Shown here: positions 11,153 to 19,870 of the stretch, piece by piece | How the letters are laid out: every line of letters starts with the position of its first letter | Numbering within the stretch: the stretch's first letter is position 1 | Assembly: GCA_044229265.1 (NCBI GenBank) | Contig: JBGATK010000002.1 | Location: 15,092-79,091 of the forward strand | Direction of reading: 5' to 3' | Source: Minisyncoccia bacterium | GTDB lineage: Bacteria > Patescibacteriota > Minisyncoccia > Phycocordibacterales > UBA9973 | Length of the DNA: 64,000 bases | Notes under the pieces: generated by a model | What the model saw: only the letters and a program-made list of their open reading frames with translations | The model's database searches: none | What the model was told of the DNA's origin: nothing | Made by a program: the position numbers and the translations under genes

Positions 11153-14100
11153 ATGCTATATCGGGTAAAATTCTTACCTTATATTCTCGTGGCATTCTTT
11201 GCCAGCTTGTTCTTCTTTGTTTCATTTTTACATCATGCTTTTGCATTTACTTATGTAAATACTGATATAAATACAGACACTACTTGGACACTATCCGGTA
11301 GTCCGTATATTATCGAGAAAACTATTATTGTTTTAGATGATGCGACGCTCTCTATCGAGCCCGGAGTCGCTATTAAATTTAAGGTGAAAGAGCCACTCTC
11401 TAATATGTATGTTTTTGGTAAAATTATTGCACAAGGCACAAATGATATGCCGATATATTTTACTTCTCTTTATGATGATATTGTTGCGCCGGAAACAGAT
11501 GATGAAGAATTTTGTGATGAAGAGTATGATGCCAAAGGCAATGTAATTTCTAAAACTAATTGTATATATTTGGATTTTTATGATCCACAGCCGAGGGACT
11601 GGGGAGGTTTATTTTTTATTTCTTCTTTAGGCTCTACTTTAGAAAACACTCATTTCTCGTATGGAAAGAATTTTTTTACTGTTCAAGAATCTGATATAAA
11701 TATTTTTAGAAATATAGAAATATCTCACGGCGAGCAAGGCATGGTTCTTTTTAATCATAGTTCTGTGAATTTTGAAAATGCAAAGTTAAAAGATATTTCC
11801 AGCAATGGCATCACTCTTTTCAATAATAGTTTTTTAAATTTTGATAAATTTATATTTGAAGAAGTGAATCGAAATCCGGCAATAGTTTTTAATGAGTCAT
11901 CTTTTTCAGGCCGTGGCCTCGATATGGGTCCGGGTATTACCAGTTCACGGCGCGATTATATCGTAGCTTTCAATGGCTCAAACTTAGTTTTAAAAGATTC
12001 TATTTTTAGAGATTGCGATCTAGGTTCATGTATAAATATTTTTGATGGCAGTAGTTATGAAGGCGAGGCTTCACTGCTAGATATAGATAAAACTATTTTC
12101 GAAGGAGGCAATGAAACAGCTATTACTATTTTTGGGTCTTTACCAATTAAAGCGAAAATAAACAATTCTGTTTTTGGTGATTTTCCTTTATATTCTATAG
12201 ATAATTTTTCTACAGATTTTGTTGTAGATGCTCGCAAGAATTTTTGGGGTAATGCTTCCGGTCCTTTTCATGCAACTGCAAACCCCACAGGTTTAGGAGA
12301 AAAAATTTCTGGTTTAGTGGATTTCGATCCGTGGTGTAAAACTCCTGACTGCACTTTCCGCAACCCTGTAATTTTTATCCCAGGAGTAATGGGTAATGAT
12401 ATTCTGCGCCCCGCCGAGGGTGATGAAGACGCTCCTCAAAAACTTTGGCTAAATATTACAAAAATGATTACAGATATTGGTGATGATTTTATGGATGCTT
12501 TAGGGCTGAATGAAGATTTTACACCGCTAAAAGATAATTTGATTATTGGAGATTTGATTAAAGAACCTTTAATCGGCCAGCATTTTTACGATAAAATTAT
12601 AGATGAACTTGTATTGCAAGGCTATGTCGAAGGTGAAGACATTTTCATTTTTCCTTACGATTGGCGCTATGGTGTGAGTGATGAAAATATAGCTTTATTA
12701 AAACAAAAAATTACAGATGTAAAAAACATTAAAGGTAGTGACAAGGTAGATGTAGTGGCTCATTCTACCGGTGGCTTGCTCGTAAAAAAATATGTAATAG
12801 ATAATTCTGCAAATCATAGTATAGATAAAGCTGTATTTGTAGGTGTACCATCTGCTGGCGCACCGCAAGCCGTAAAGATGCTTGTACAAGGTGATAATAT
12901 GAGAATACCATTTTTAGATTCGGATGAAATGAAAAAGATCGCAAAGAATTTACCTGTAGTTTATGACTTGTCTCCGAGCCTCGAATATTACAATAAAAAG
13001 GGAAGTTATATACAAATAAAGAATGTCATACCTTTTAAAAAGTCTACAATTAAAGATTTAAATTTTACAGAAGCAAATAATTATTTAATAGAAAAAGGTA
13101 AAAATAAAATAGCTTTGGAAGATGCTCATATTTTACATACTAAAGAATTCGATAATTTTGATATGCGCACAAGTGGAGTAGATGTATACAATATTGCTGG
13201 TTGCAAAGCTAGCACTTTTGGTACTTTAGTAGAAATTCATAATAAAAATATTTCAAAAAAAGATTTAGTATCGTATCGGGAACCGATATACATAAAAGGC
13301 GATGGCACAGTGCCACTCGAAAGTGCGACATTTTTACCAGTCGATGAGGCAAAAAGATTTTTTTCTCTAAATGCAGATCATGCTAAAATGCCCTCGCAAG
13401 ATGGCACGCGTCAGCTCATTACAAATATTATCTCTGGCAGTTCACTCCCTACTTCAAATAAAATCACTCAAGACATTGCGAAATGTAAATTAAATGGCAG
13501 GTCTATAGCAGTGTATAGCCCTGTAAATATCGAAGTCATAGATCAATACGGCAATAGGCTAGGTATTTTAGAAGATGGTATAAATACAGAAAATAATATT
13601 CCAAATGCGTATTTTGATATTGTAGATGAACATAAGTTTTTGTATTTACCTACAGATGAGGGTCAAATATATACGATAAATATCAAAGGCACAGGTGGGG
13701 GCACTTTTACTATTACTGATACAAAAATAGTTGATGATATAAAAACAGACATGCAAATTTTTAAGAATTTAGTAGTATCGCCAGCTCTCGTGGGAAGTAT
13801 TGTTTTAGGTGATGAAAGTATTTTGAATTTAGATAATGATGGCGATGGTGATGTAGATCAGAATTTAAAACCAGATATATTTTTAGATGAGGTAGAAGTA
13901 TTAGATTTTGAACCATATTTAGAAGAAAAATTAGAGGAAGAAATACCAAGAGTTGCTTCGTTTGGCGGTGGGGGCGGTGGAGGTTTCCCATTTGTATTTG
14001 TGGAACAAATAAAATCTTTGGCTTTGCTTCCACAAGTCCTCGGAGCTGAGACTAGTATAGTTGATACAGAAAAAGAAGCCTTTGAAAATAAAGAAAATTC

Positions 14101-14320
14101 TAAGCCTTTAATTATTCAAAATTCAGAAAAACCTAATATTGTATTAGATAATTCTTTTACTAATAATCCGCAAATTAAAGAAGAGAATATAGAAAATGCA
14201 AAAAATGCTAATATAATAATAGAAGAAAAAATAGAAAATAAATTTAGATATGAATACATAATTTATATCTTAATCATTATTGGTATTATCTTATTAGTAA
14301 AAAAAATTATAAAGTTGTAG
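11153..14320 (+). CDS. Large secreted, C-terminally anchored protein: beta-helix region plus LCAT/lipase-like alpha/beta hydrolase
   Basis: Signal peptide; T.WT..GSPY/PI.FTS beta-helix motifs; PVIFIPGVMG, FPYDWR, VAHSTGGL nucleophile elbow, GDGTVPL.SA, DHA; C-terminal TM + KK; ATG 11153 lies 9 nt after TATAAT. Confidence 0.8.
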   Translation: MLYRVKFLPYILVAFFASLFFFVSFLHHAFAFTYVNTDINTDTTWTLSGSPYIIEKTIIVLDDATLSIEPGVAIKFKVKEPLSNMYVFGKIIAQGTNDMPIYFTSLYDDIVAPETDDEEFCDEEYDAKGNVISKTNCIYLDFYDPQPRDWGGLFFISSLGSTLENTHFSYGKNFFTVQESDINIFRNIEISHGEQGMVLFNHSSVNFENAKLKDISSNGITLFNNSFLNFDKFIFEEVNRNPAIVFNESSFSGRGLDMGPGITSSRRDYIVAFNGSNLVLKDSIFRDCDLGSCINIFDGSSYEGEASLLDIDKTIFEGGNETAITIFGSLPIKAKINNSVFGDFPLYSIDNFSTDFVVDARKNFWGNASGPFHATANPTGLGEKISGLVDFDPWCKTPDCTFRNPVIFIPGVMGNDILRPAEGDEDAPQKLWLNITKMITDIGDDFMDALGLNEDFTPLKDNLIIGDLIKEPLIGQHFYDKIIDELVLQGYVEGEDIFIFPYDWRYGVSDENIALLKQKITDVKNIKGSDKVDVVAHSTGGLLVKKYVIDNSANHSIDKAVFVGVPSAGAPQAVKMLVQGDNMRIPFLDSDEMKKIAKNLPVVYDLSPSLEYYNKKGSYIQIKNVIPFKKSTIKDLNFTEANNYLIEKGKNKIALEDAHILHTKEFDNFDMRTSGVDVYNIAGCKASTFGTLVEIHNKNISKKDLVSYREPIYIKGDGTVPLESATFLPVDEAKRFFSLNADHAKMPSQDGTRQLITNIISGSSLPTSNKITQDIAKCKLNGRSIAVYSPVNIEVIDQYGNRLGILEDGINTENNIPNAYFDIVDEHKFLYLPTDEGQIYTINIKGTGGGTFTITDTKIVDDIKTDMQIFKNLVVSPALVGSIVLGDESILNLDNDGDGDVDQNLKPDIFLDEVEVLDFEPYLEEKLEEEIPRVASFGGGGGGGFPFVFVEQIKSLALLPQVLGAETSIVDTEKEAFENKENSKPLIIQNSEKPNIVLDNSFTNNPQIKEENIENAKNANIIIEEKIENKFRYEYIIYILIIIGIILLVKKIIKL

Positions 14321-14330
14321 AATTATATAT

Positions 14331-14675
14331 ATGAAAAAAATATGGCTTTGGGTATTTATGATAATGTTTCTTTTACCAGAGATTTTTTGGAGTCCCATAA
14401 TTAATTTTATTTATTCTTTTGTTAAGCCAACAATAAATGGTTCTATACAAGTTTTTAATCATAATTTTTTGTTAAATACAGAAGATAATAATTTATATTT
14501 ATTTATTTTATTAATACAAATTATCGGAATATTTGGAACTTTAGTCCAGGTGCGTAAATTAAATTTAAACAGGGTGTTGAAATTATTAATATATATAATT
14601 CTTGGTATTATTTTAATTCTCACAATTTTTATTTTTTATATTCTTTTTTCTACTCGCCACGGTATAGGCTTCTAA
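14331..14675 (+). CDS. Small multi-TM hypothetical protein
   Basis: Three hydrophobic helices; directly follows the lipase gene. Confidence 0.6.
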   Translation: MKKIWLWVFMIMFLLPEIFWSPIINFIYSFVKPTINGSIQVFNHNFLLNTEDNNLYLFILLIQIIGIFGTLVQVRKLNLNRVLKLLIYIILGIILILTIFIFYILFSTRHGIGF

Positions 14676-14760
14676 TTTTCTAAAATGTATATTTAGATTT
14701 GTACTAGGTCTTGCTTAGTACGTATAAAATTTAATTTTAAAATTGAGGTATAATAAGGAG

Positions 14761-14945
14761 ATGAAGAAATACAGCCAAATGCAGAGATTTTTTATGATGC
14801 TGGTTTTTAGTTTTTTGATATTGCCAGCACTAGCCTCTGCCCATCAGCATTTGTACTTATTTTTTACGGCTTATTAATATTAATTTTGGTAATTTTGTAT
14901 TTCATTATTAGAAAAATATTTAAAAAATTTAAAAATAAAAATTAA
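14761..14945 (+). pseudogene. Probable internally deleted remnant of a secreted membrane-anchored protein gene
   Basis: 38-codon ORF with signal peptide ending ASA-HQ, followed out of frame by a TM + basic-tail coding-like stretch. Confidence 0.35.
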
Positions 14946-14948
14946 TTT

Positions 14949-15581
14949 ATGAAATTATGTATCTTTGGAGCAGACGGTAGGACAGGTGTCGAAGTAGTGA
15001 ATTGTGCTAATAAAAAAGGAATAGAGGTGGTGGCTTTTGTGTATAGTGATTTTTCCAATAAATATTTTCCCAAAAATGGCATTACTATAATAAAAGGCAA
15101 TGTTATGGATTATGAATCTGTACTTTCAGCTTTGCATGGTGCTGATGCTGTGATTAGTGCGCTTGGGCATATCAAAGGTTCTGATCCACTTATGCAAACT
15201 AAAGGTATGCAAAATATTGTGAAGGCTATGCAAGAGCTTGGCATAAAGCGCGTGCTTAGCCTGACTGGTACTGGAGCTAGAGTAGAAGGAGACACTCCTT
15301 CCTTGATAGACAAAGTTTTAAATTTTATAGTTGCCAAAGTTGACCCTGATCGCATAAATGATGGAGTAGAGCATGTGAAAGTTTTACAAAATTCAAATTT
15401 AGATTGGACAGTAGTTCGGGTTTTGAAATTGGGTAAGAGCGAGAAAGAGGTGATTGATTACAAACTCACCGATGGTGGTCCTGCAGAATTGCTGACAAGT
15501 CGTAAAAAGGTGGCCAAAGTTTTGGTGGATTTAATAGATAGTAAAGATTATATAGGTAAATTACCTGTAGTTTCTGGGTAA
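14949..15581 (+). CDS. NAD(P)H-binding atypical SDR (flavin reductase/biliverdin reductase B-like)
   Basis: IFGADGRTG Rossmann motif, DAVISALG, LDWTVVR. Confidence 0.85.
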   Translation: MKLCIFGADGRTGVEVVNCANKKGIEVVAFVYSDFSNKYFPKNGITIIKGNVMDYESVLSALHGADAVISALGHIKGSDPLMQTKGMQNIVKAMQELGIKRVLSLTGTGARVEGDTPSLIDKVLNFIVAKVDPDRINDGVEHVKVLQNSNLDWTVVRVLKLGKSEKEVIDYKLTDGGPAELLTSRKKVAKVLVDLIDSKDYIGKLPVVSG

Positions 15582-15841
15582 TGAAAACATTTACTGAAAA
15601 AGTTTTATATGTAGTTCGTAAAATTCCAAAAGGTAAGGTGATGACTTATGGAGAGGTGGCAAAAAGCGCGGGAAGCCCGAGGGCTTCCCGCGCTGTGGGC
15701 TCCATTATGAAAGCCAACTTCGACAAAAATGTGCCTTGCCACCGCGTTATTAAAGCCGACGGCTCAGTCGGCGCCTACAACCGCGGCGGCCCGAATGCCA
15801 AACTCGCATTACTTAAAAAAGAAGGAGCAATAAAAAAGTGA
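15581..15841 (+). CDS. O6-methylguanine-DNA methyltransferase (MGMT/Ogt) C-terminal domain protein
   Basis: IPKGKVMTYG, RAVG, active-site PCHRV. Confidence 0.9.
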   Translation: MKTFTEKVLYVVRKIPKGKVMTYGEVAKSAGSPRASRAVGSIMKANFDKNVPCHRVIKADGSVGAYNRGGPNAKLALLKKEGAIKK

Positions 15842-15856
15842 TATAATTAAAATGTT

Positions 15857-16249
15857 ATGGAAAAAGATTTTGATAAGTGGAATGAAATCAAAAAGAAGAT
15901 TCATCAAGAGGAGAATATCCCAGATCGTTTTCCAAAAGAAGGCGAAGTTTGGATGTCTAACCTTGGTAAGAATATTGGATTTGAACAAAATGGAGGTGGA
16001 GAAAATTTCTCTAGGCCTATTTTAATAATTAAGAAATTCAATAATCATATGTTTTGGGTAGTACCTTTGTCCACAAAACAGAAAAATTTTGATTTTTATT
16101 ATAATTTTATAGATATAGATAATAAAAAAGTTTCAGCTATTCTTGCCCAATTAAAATTAATGAGTGTCAAAAGATTTAATAGAAAAATGTATGAAATGCC
16201 TCAAAATCAATTTGTTGATGTTTTGAATAAAATTAGAGGATTTATCTAA
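15857..16249 (+). CDS. PemK/MazF-family endoribonuclease toxin, no protein antitoxin gene adjacent
   Basis: GEVW...G.NIGFEQ.G....RP.LIIKK.....VVPLST pattern. Confidence 0.85.
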   Translation: MEKDFDKWNEIKKKIHQEENIPDRFPKEGEVWMSNLGKNIGFEQNGGGENFSRPILIIKKFNNHMFWVVPLSTKQKNFDFYYNFIDIDNKKVSAILAQLKLMSVKRFNRKMYEMPQNQFVDVLNKIRGFI

Positions 16250-16301
16250 AAATCGAAAGCCCCCTTTCGGGGGCTTTCTCGGAGCCTTTCGGCACTTTAT
16301 A
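16247..16301 (-). ncRNA. Candidate small structured RNA convergent on the PemK/MazF gene
   Basis: Minus-strand TTGACT-N18-TATACT promoter (16336-16307); GCC-GAAA-GGC hairpin; GAAAGCCCCC-GAAA-GGGGGCTTTC hairpin plus T tract. Confidence 0.55.
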
Positions 16302-16403
16302 CATAGAGTATATCATAACAGAGAGTATAAAGTCAACCTCAGAATCCTTCAAATCTTCCTATTTTGCCTTAGTATTAATACTTTTAAAATAAACTCACAC
16401 GGG

Positions 16404-16664
16404 ATGAAAAATAAAAATGACAAATTACATAGCTTGCCGGCAGATTTTAAGGAAGCGATAGATTCAAAAAGGGCAGTAGCTCATATGTGGCAGGATATCA
16501 CTCCGCTTGCTCGCAATGAATGGATCTGCTGGGTAGAATCTGCCAAAAAATTAGAAACTAGGCAAAGGCGAATAAAAATAGCCCTTTCGAAAATGAGCTC
16601 CGGCGAAAAGCGCCCCTGCTGCTGGGCCGGCTGTTCGCATCGAGGGAATAAAACAGTGGTATAA
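16404..16664 (+). CDS. YdeI/OmpD-associated family protein
   Basis: LPAD...TPLARNEWICWVESAKK.ETR.RRI...RPCCW.GC. Confidence 0.8.
   Translation: MKNKNDKLHSLPADFKEAIDSKRAVAHMWQDITPLARNEWICWVESAKKLETRQRRIKIALSKMSSGEKRPCCWAGCSHRGNKTVV
16520..16643 (+). repeat. 124-bp direct repeat, copy 1 (3' half of YdeI-family gene)
   Basis: Identical to 17310-17433 except one base. Confidence 0.95.
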
Positions 16665-16671
16665 TTTATAT

Positions 16672-17154
16672 ATGGAAAAGACAAGTATTTATATTGATGG
16701 AAATAATCTATATAGATCTGCAAAAGAGCTCGGTTTTAATATTGATTACAAAAAATTCATAGGATGGCTTCGTCAAAAATATAATCCAGAATTCGTTTAC
16801 TTGTTTATTGGTCTCGTGCCAGAGAGAACAAAGTTTTATGAACATCTACAAAAATGTGGTTATGTTTTAATTTTTAAACAAACTGTATCTGTGGGAGAAA
16901 AAATAAAAGGTAATTGTGATGCAGAACTGGTATTAAAAGCTGTTTCGGATTATTATACTAACTCATTTGATAAATTAATTTTGATTACTGGTGACGGGGA
17001 TTTTGGTTGCTTGGTGGAATTTATGAAAGATAAAAATTCGATGCATACTATTATTGCACCTGATGAAAAGAAATGTTCTTTTTTACTTAGAAATAAAAAT
17101 ACTGAAATTGTTTTTCTTAACAATCAATATCATAAATTCTCTAAGGAGCTATAA
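16672..17154 (+). CDS. NYN-domain (LabA/DUF88, PIN-like) ribonuclease
   Basis: IYIDGNNL, KGNCDAEL, ITGDGDF acidic catalytic motifs. Confidence 0.9.
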   Translation: MEKTSIYIDGNNLYRSAKELGFNIDYKKFIGWLRQKYNPEFVYLFIGLVPERTKFYEHLQKCGYVLIFKQTVSVGEKIKGNCDAELVLKAVSDYYTNSFDKLILITGDGDFGCLVEFMKDKNSMHTIIAPDEKKCSFLLRNKNTEIVFLNNQYHKFSKEL

Positions 17155-17209
17155 AAGAAAAAGCCCCCGGTGCAGACGAATCTGCACAAGGGTCTTTTTC
17201 ATAGTGATA
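17153..17209 (-). ncRNA. Candidate small structured RNA convergent on the NYN gene
   Basis: Minus-strand TTGACT-N17-TAGTAT promoter (17243-17215); bulged stem capped by GTGCAGA-TTCG-TCTGCAC, ending in T tract. Confidence 0.55.
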
Positions 17210-17309
17210 CATGTATACTATCAAATTTTTATAAAAAAGTCAAAGTTTTCCACATTTTATAATCTTGTCAAAATTCCTCATAGATTAAGTCCATCTCGGG
17301 AATGGACAT

Positions 17310-17433
17310 ATGGATCTGCTGGGTAGAATCTGCCAAAAAATTAGAAACTAGGCAAAGGCGAATAAAAATAGCCCTTTCGAAAATGAGCTCCGGCGAAAAG
17401 CGCCCCTGCTGCTGGGCCGGGTGTTCGCATCGA
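17310..17433 (+). repeat. 124-bp direct repeat, copy 2 (orphan 3' end of YdeI-family gene, followed by TAA)
   Basis: Matches 16520-16643; reads WICWVES...GCSHR-stop. Confidence 0.95.
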
Positions 17434-17490
17434 TAAAATGAGCCATATTTAGGTCTGTATTCTGGCGATATTTTGTGTTAGAATTTGGGC

Positions 17491-17838
17491 ATGTCTGATT
17501 TACAAAAACTAACAAAGCAAATAAACAAATTCCGAAAAGAACGAAATTGGGAACAATTCCATAATCCTAAAGACATGGCTCTTTCGTTGGTTTTAGAGGC
17601 GACAGAGTTGATGGAGCATTTTCAGTGGAAAAACGGTGAAGATTTAACAAATTATATAAAGAAAAATAAAAAAGAAATTTCTTATGAACTTGCAGATACT
17701 CTTTATTGGGTTTTAACTATTGCTCATGATTTTAATATTGATATTGTAAAATCTTTTACTGAGAAGATGAAAATTAATGCAAAAAAATATCCTGTTTCAA
17801 AATTCAAAGGACGTGCTGGCAAATATAATGAAGTATAA
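17491..17838 (+). CDS. MazG-like nucleotide pyrophosphohydrolase (all-alpha dCTPase-like)
   Basis: RNWEQFHNPKD.A....EA.EL.E.FQW, ELAD, KM..N.KKYP. Confidence 0.9.
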   Translation: MSDLQKLTKQINKFRKERNWEQFHNPKDMALSLVLEATELMEHFQWKNGEDLTNYIKKNKKEISYELADTLYWVLTIAHDFNIDIVKSFTEKMKINAKKYPVSKFKGRAGKYNEV

Positions 17839-17841
17839 TTT

Positions 17842-19866
17842 ATGTCCGATATAAAAACTTTCCCTTTTAATAAAGAAGATTTTGATCAAATAAAAAATTT
17901 TAAATTTGGTAAAAATTGGCCTGTTGTTTATGTTCTTGAAGATAAGAAAGAAATTTATATCGGTCAAACGGTAAATGCTCATGCAAGAAGCAAGCAACAT
18001 TATGAAAACCCAGAAAGAAGTAAATTAAAAAGTATTCATATCATAACCGACGAAGAATTTAATGTTTCAGCAGCACTTGATATAGAGTCATGGTTAATAC
18101 AGTACATATCTGCTGATGGATTATTTATATTGCAAAATGGTAATGGTGGGCTAAAAAATCATAACTATTACGATAGAGTAAAATATAAAACAAAATTCGA
18201 ACTTGCTTGGGATAATTTAATGCAAATGGGTATTGTTAAAAACACTCTAGAAGACCTTAAAAATAGCGACTTATTCAAATATTCTCCTTACAAATCTTTG
18301 ACAGAAGACCAATTTACAATAGCTAGGCAGATATTCAAAGACATAAAGAAGAATGAAATAAATACTTTTATAGTAAATGGTAAACCGGGTACTGGTAAAA
18401 CAATTCTTGCTACTTATCTTTTTAAATACCTAAAAGAACAAGATGAAACAAAAAATATGAATATTGGCCTTGTTGTGCCAATGGCATCACTTCGAAAAAC
18501 AATTGCTAGGGTATTTTCAAAAATAAAAGGCTTAAAATCAAACATGGTTATTGGGCCAAATGATGTTGTTAAAGATAAATATGACTTACTTATCGTTGAT
18601 GAATCTCATAGATTACAAAGGCGTAAAGGTATTATGGGTTATGGTGCATATGACAATGTAAACCGAGGGCTTGGCCTGGGTAATGAAGGAACACAGCTTG
18701 ATTGGATTATGAAGTCATCTAAACATCAAATATTTTTCTATGATGAAAATCAAAGTGTAAAACCGGCCGATATTAGACCCGAGGATTTTAAAAAGCTTAA
18801 TTCTAAAAAGTATGAATTAGTTTCCCAAATGCGAGTTGAGGCTGGTGAAGAATATATTAAATTCATCGAAGATTTTTTTGATTTAAAAACTCCACAAAAT
18901 ACTAATTTTCCAAATTATGATTTGAAAATATTTGATAATGCTGAAAAAATGGTAAATGAAATTAAGGAAAAAGATAAAAAGCATAAACTTGCACGTGTAG
19001 TTGCTGGCTATGCTTGGCCTTGGCACACAGCACGTGGTACTCGTGATTATGATATAGAGATAGGTGATTTAAAACTTATCTGGAATTCTACAGCGCAAGA
19101 CTGGGTAAACTCACCAAACGCAATAAACGAAGTTGGTTGTATTCATACTGTACAAGGTTATGATTTAAATTATGTTGGTGTAATTATTGGCCCAGAATTT
19201 TCATATGACACAGAAAATAAAAAATTCAAAGTCGATAAGGAAAAATATTTTGATACAAATGGCCGTAATGGTATTACTGATCCAAACGAACTAGAAAGAT
19301 ATGTAATCAATATTTATAAAACATTACTAACTCGAGGCATTAAAGGTACTTATGTTTATGTTGTTGATGAAAATTTGAGAAATTATTTAAATCAAGTTGT
19401 AAATAAAACCCCGATTTCAATTCAAAAAGAAATTACTCCAAAAATTATAAGATCTCCTTATGCAGGAGAAATGATAGGAATTCCTCTAGTTGGTTCTGCT
19501 CCCTGTGGTGAACCACTTTTAGGAGAAAGCAATATAGAAGAGATAATCATGGTAGAGAAAAGCAAAATAAAACCTGGAGCAAAATATTTTATATTGCGTG
19601 CGAGTGGAGATTCTATGAACAAAGCCGGAATAAATGACGGAGACTTAGTGCTTTGTCGTTCATCAGAAAAAGGAGAAACTGGAGACAGAGTTGTCGCATT
19701 ATTAGGAGGTGAAAATGTGACAATAAAATATTATGATAAAAAAGACGGGCGGAGAATATTATTACCAAAAAGCACAAATAGTTCACACCAACCAATAATT
19801 CCAGAAGAAGGTGATAGTGTTCAGGGCATTGTGCAAGAGGTTATTGAAAGATTAGAGGAAAAATAA
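17842..19866 (+). CDS. GIY-YIG nuclease + DUF2075 (Schlafen group 3-like SF1 helicase) + C-terminal LexA/UmuD-type S24 peptidase fusion
   Basis: VVYVL...IYIGQT; Walker A GKPGTGKT; Walker B IVDESH; HTVQGYDLNY; LLTRG; C-terminal PLVGSAPCG, GDSM (Ser), VTIK (Lys). Confidence 0.85.
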   Translation: MSDIKTFPFNKEDFDQIKNFKFGKNWPVVYVLEDKKEIYIGQTVNAHARSKQHYENPERSKLKSIHIITDEEFNVSAALDIESWLIQYISADGLFILQNGNGGLKNHNYYDRVKYKTKFELAWDNLMQMGIVKNTLEDLKNSDLFKYSPYKSLTEDQFTIARQIFKDIKKNEINTFIVNGKPGTGKTILATYLFKYLKEQDETKNMNIGLVVPMASLRKTIARVFSKIKGLKSNMVIGPNDVVKDKYDLLIVDESHRLQRRKGIMGYGAYDNVNRGLGLGNEGTQLDWIMKSSKHQIFFYDENQSVKPADIRPEDFKKLNSKKYELVSQMRVEAGEEYIKFIEDFFDLKTPQNTNFPNYDLKIFDNAEKMVNEIKEKDKKHKLARVVAGYAWPWHTARGTRDYDIEIGDLKLIWNSTAQDWVNSPNAINEVGCIHTVQGYDLNYVGVIIGPEFSYDTENKKFKVDKEKYFDTNGRNGITDPNELERYVINIYKTLLTRGIKGTYVYVVDENLRNYLNQVVNKTPISIQKEITPKIIRSPYAGEMIGIPLVGSAPCGEPLLGESNIEEIIMVEKSKIKPGAKYFILRASGDSMNKAGINDGDLVLCRSSEKGETGDRVVALLGGENVTIKYYDKKDGRRILLPKSTNSSHQPIIPEEGDSVQGIVQEVIERLEEK

Positions 19867-19870
19867 ATTT

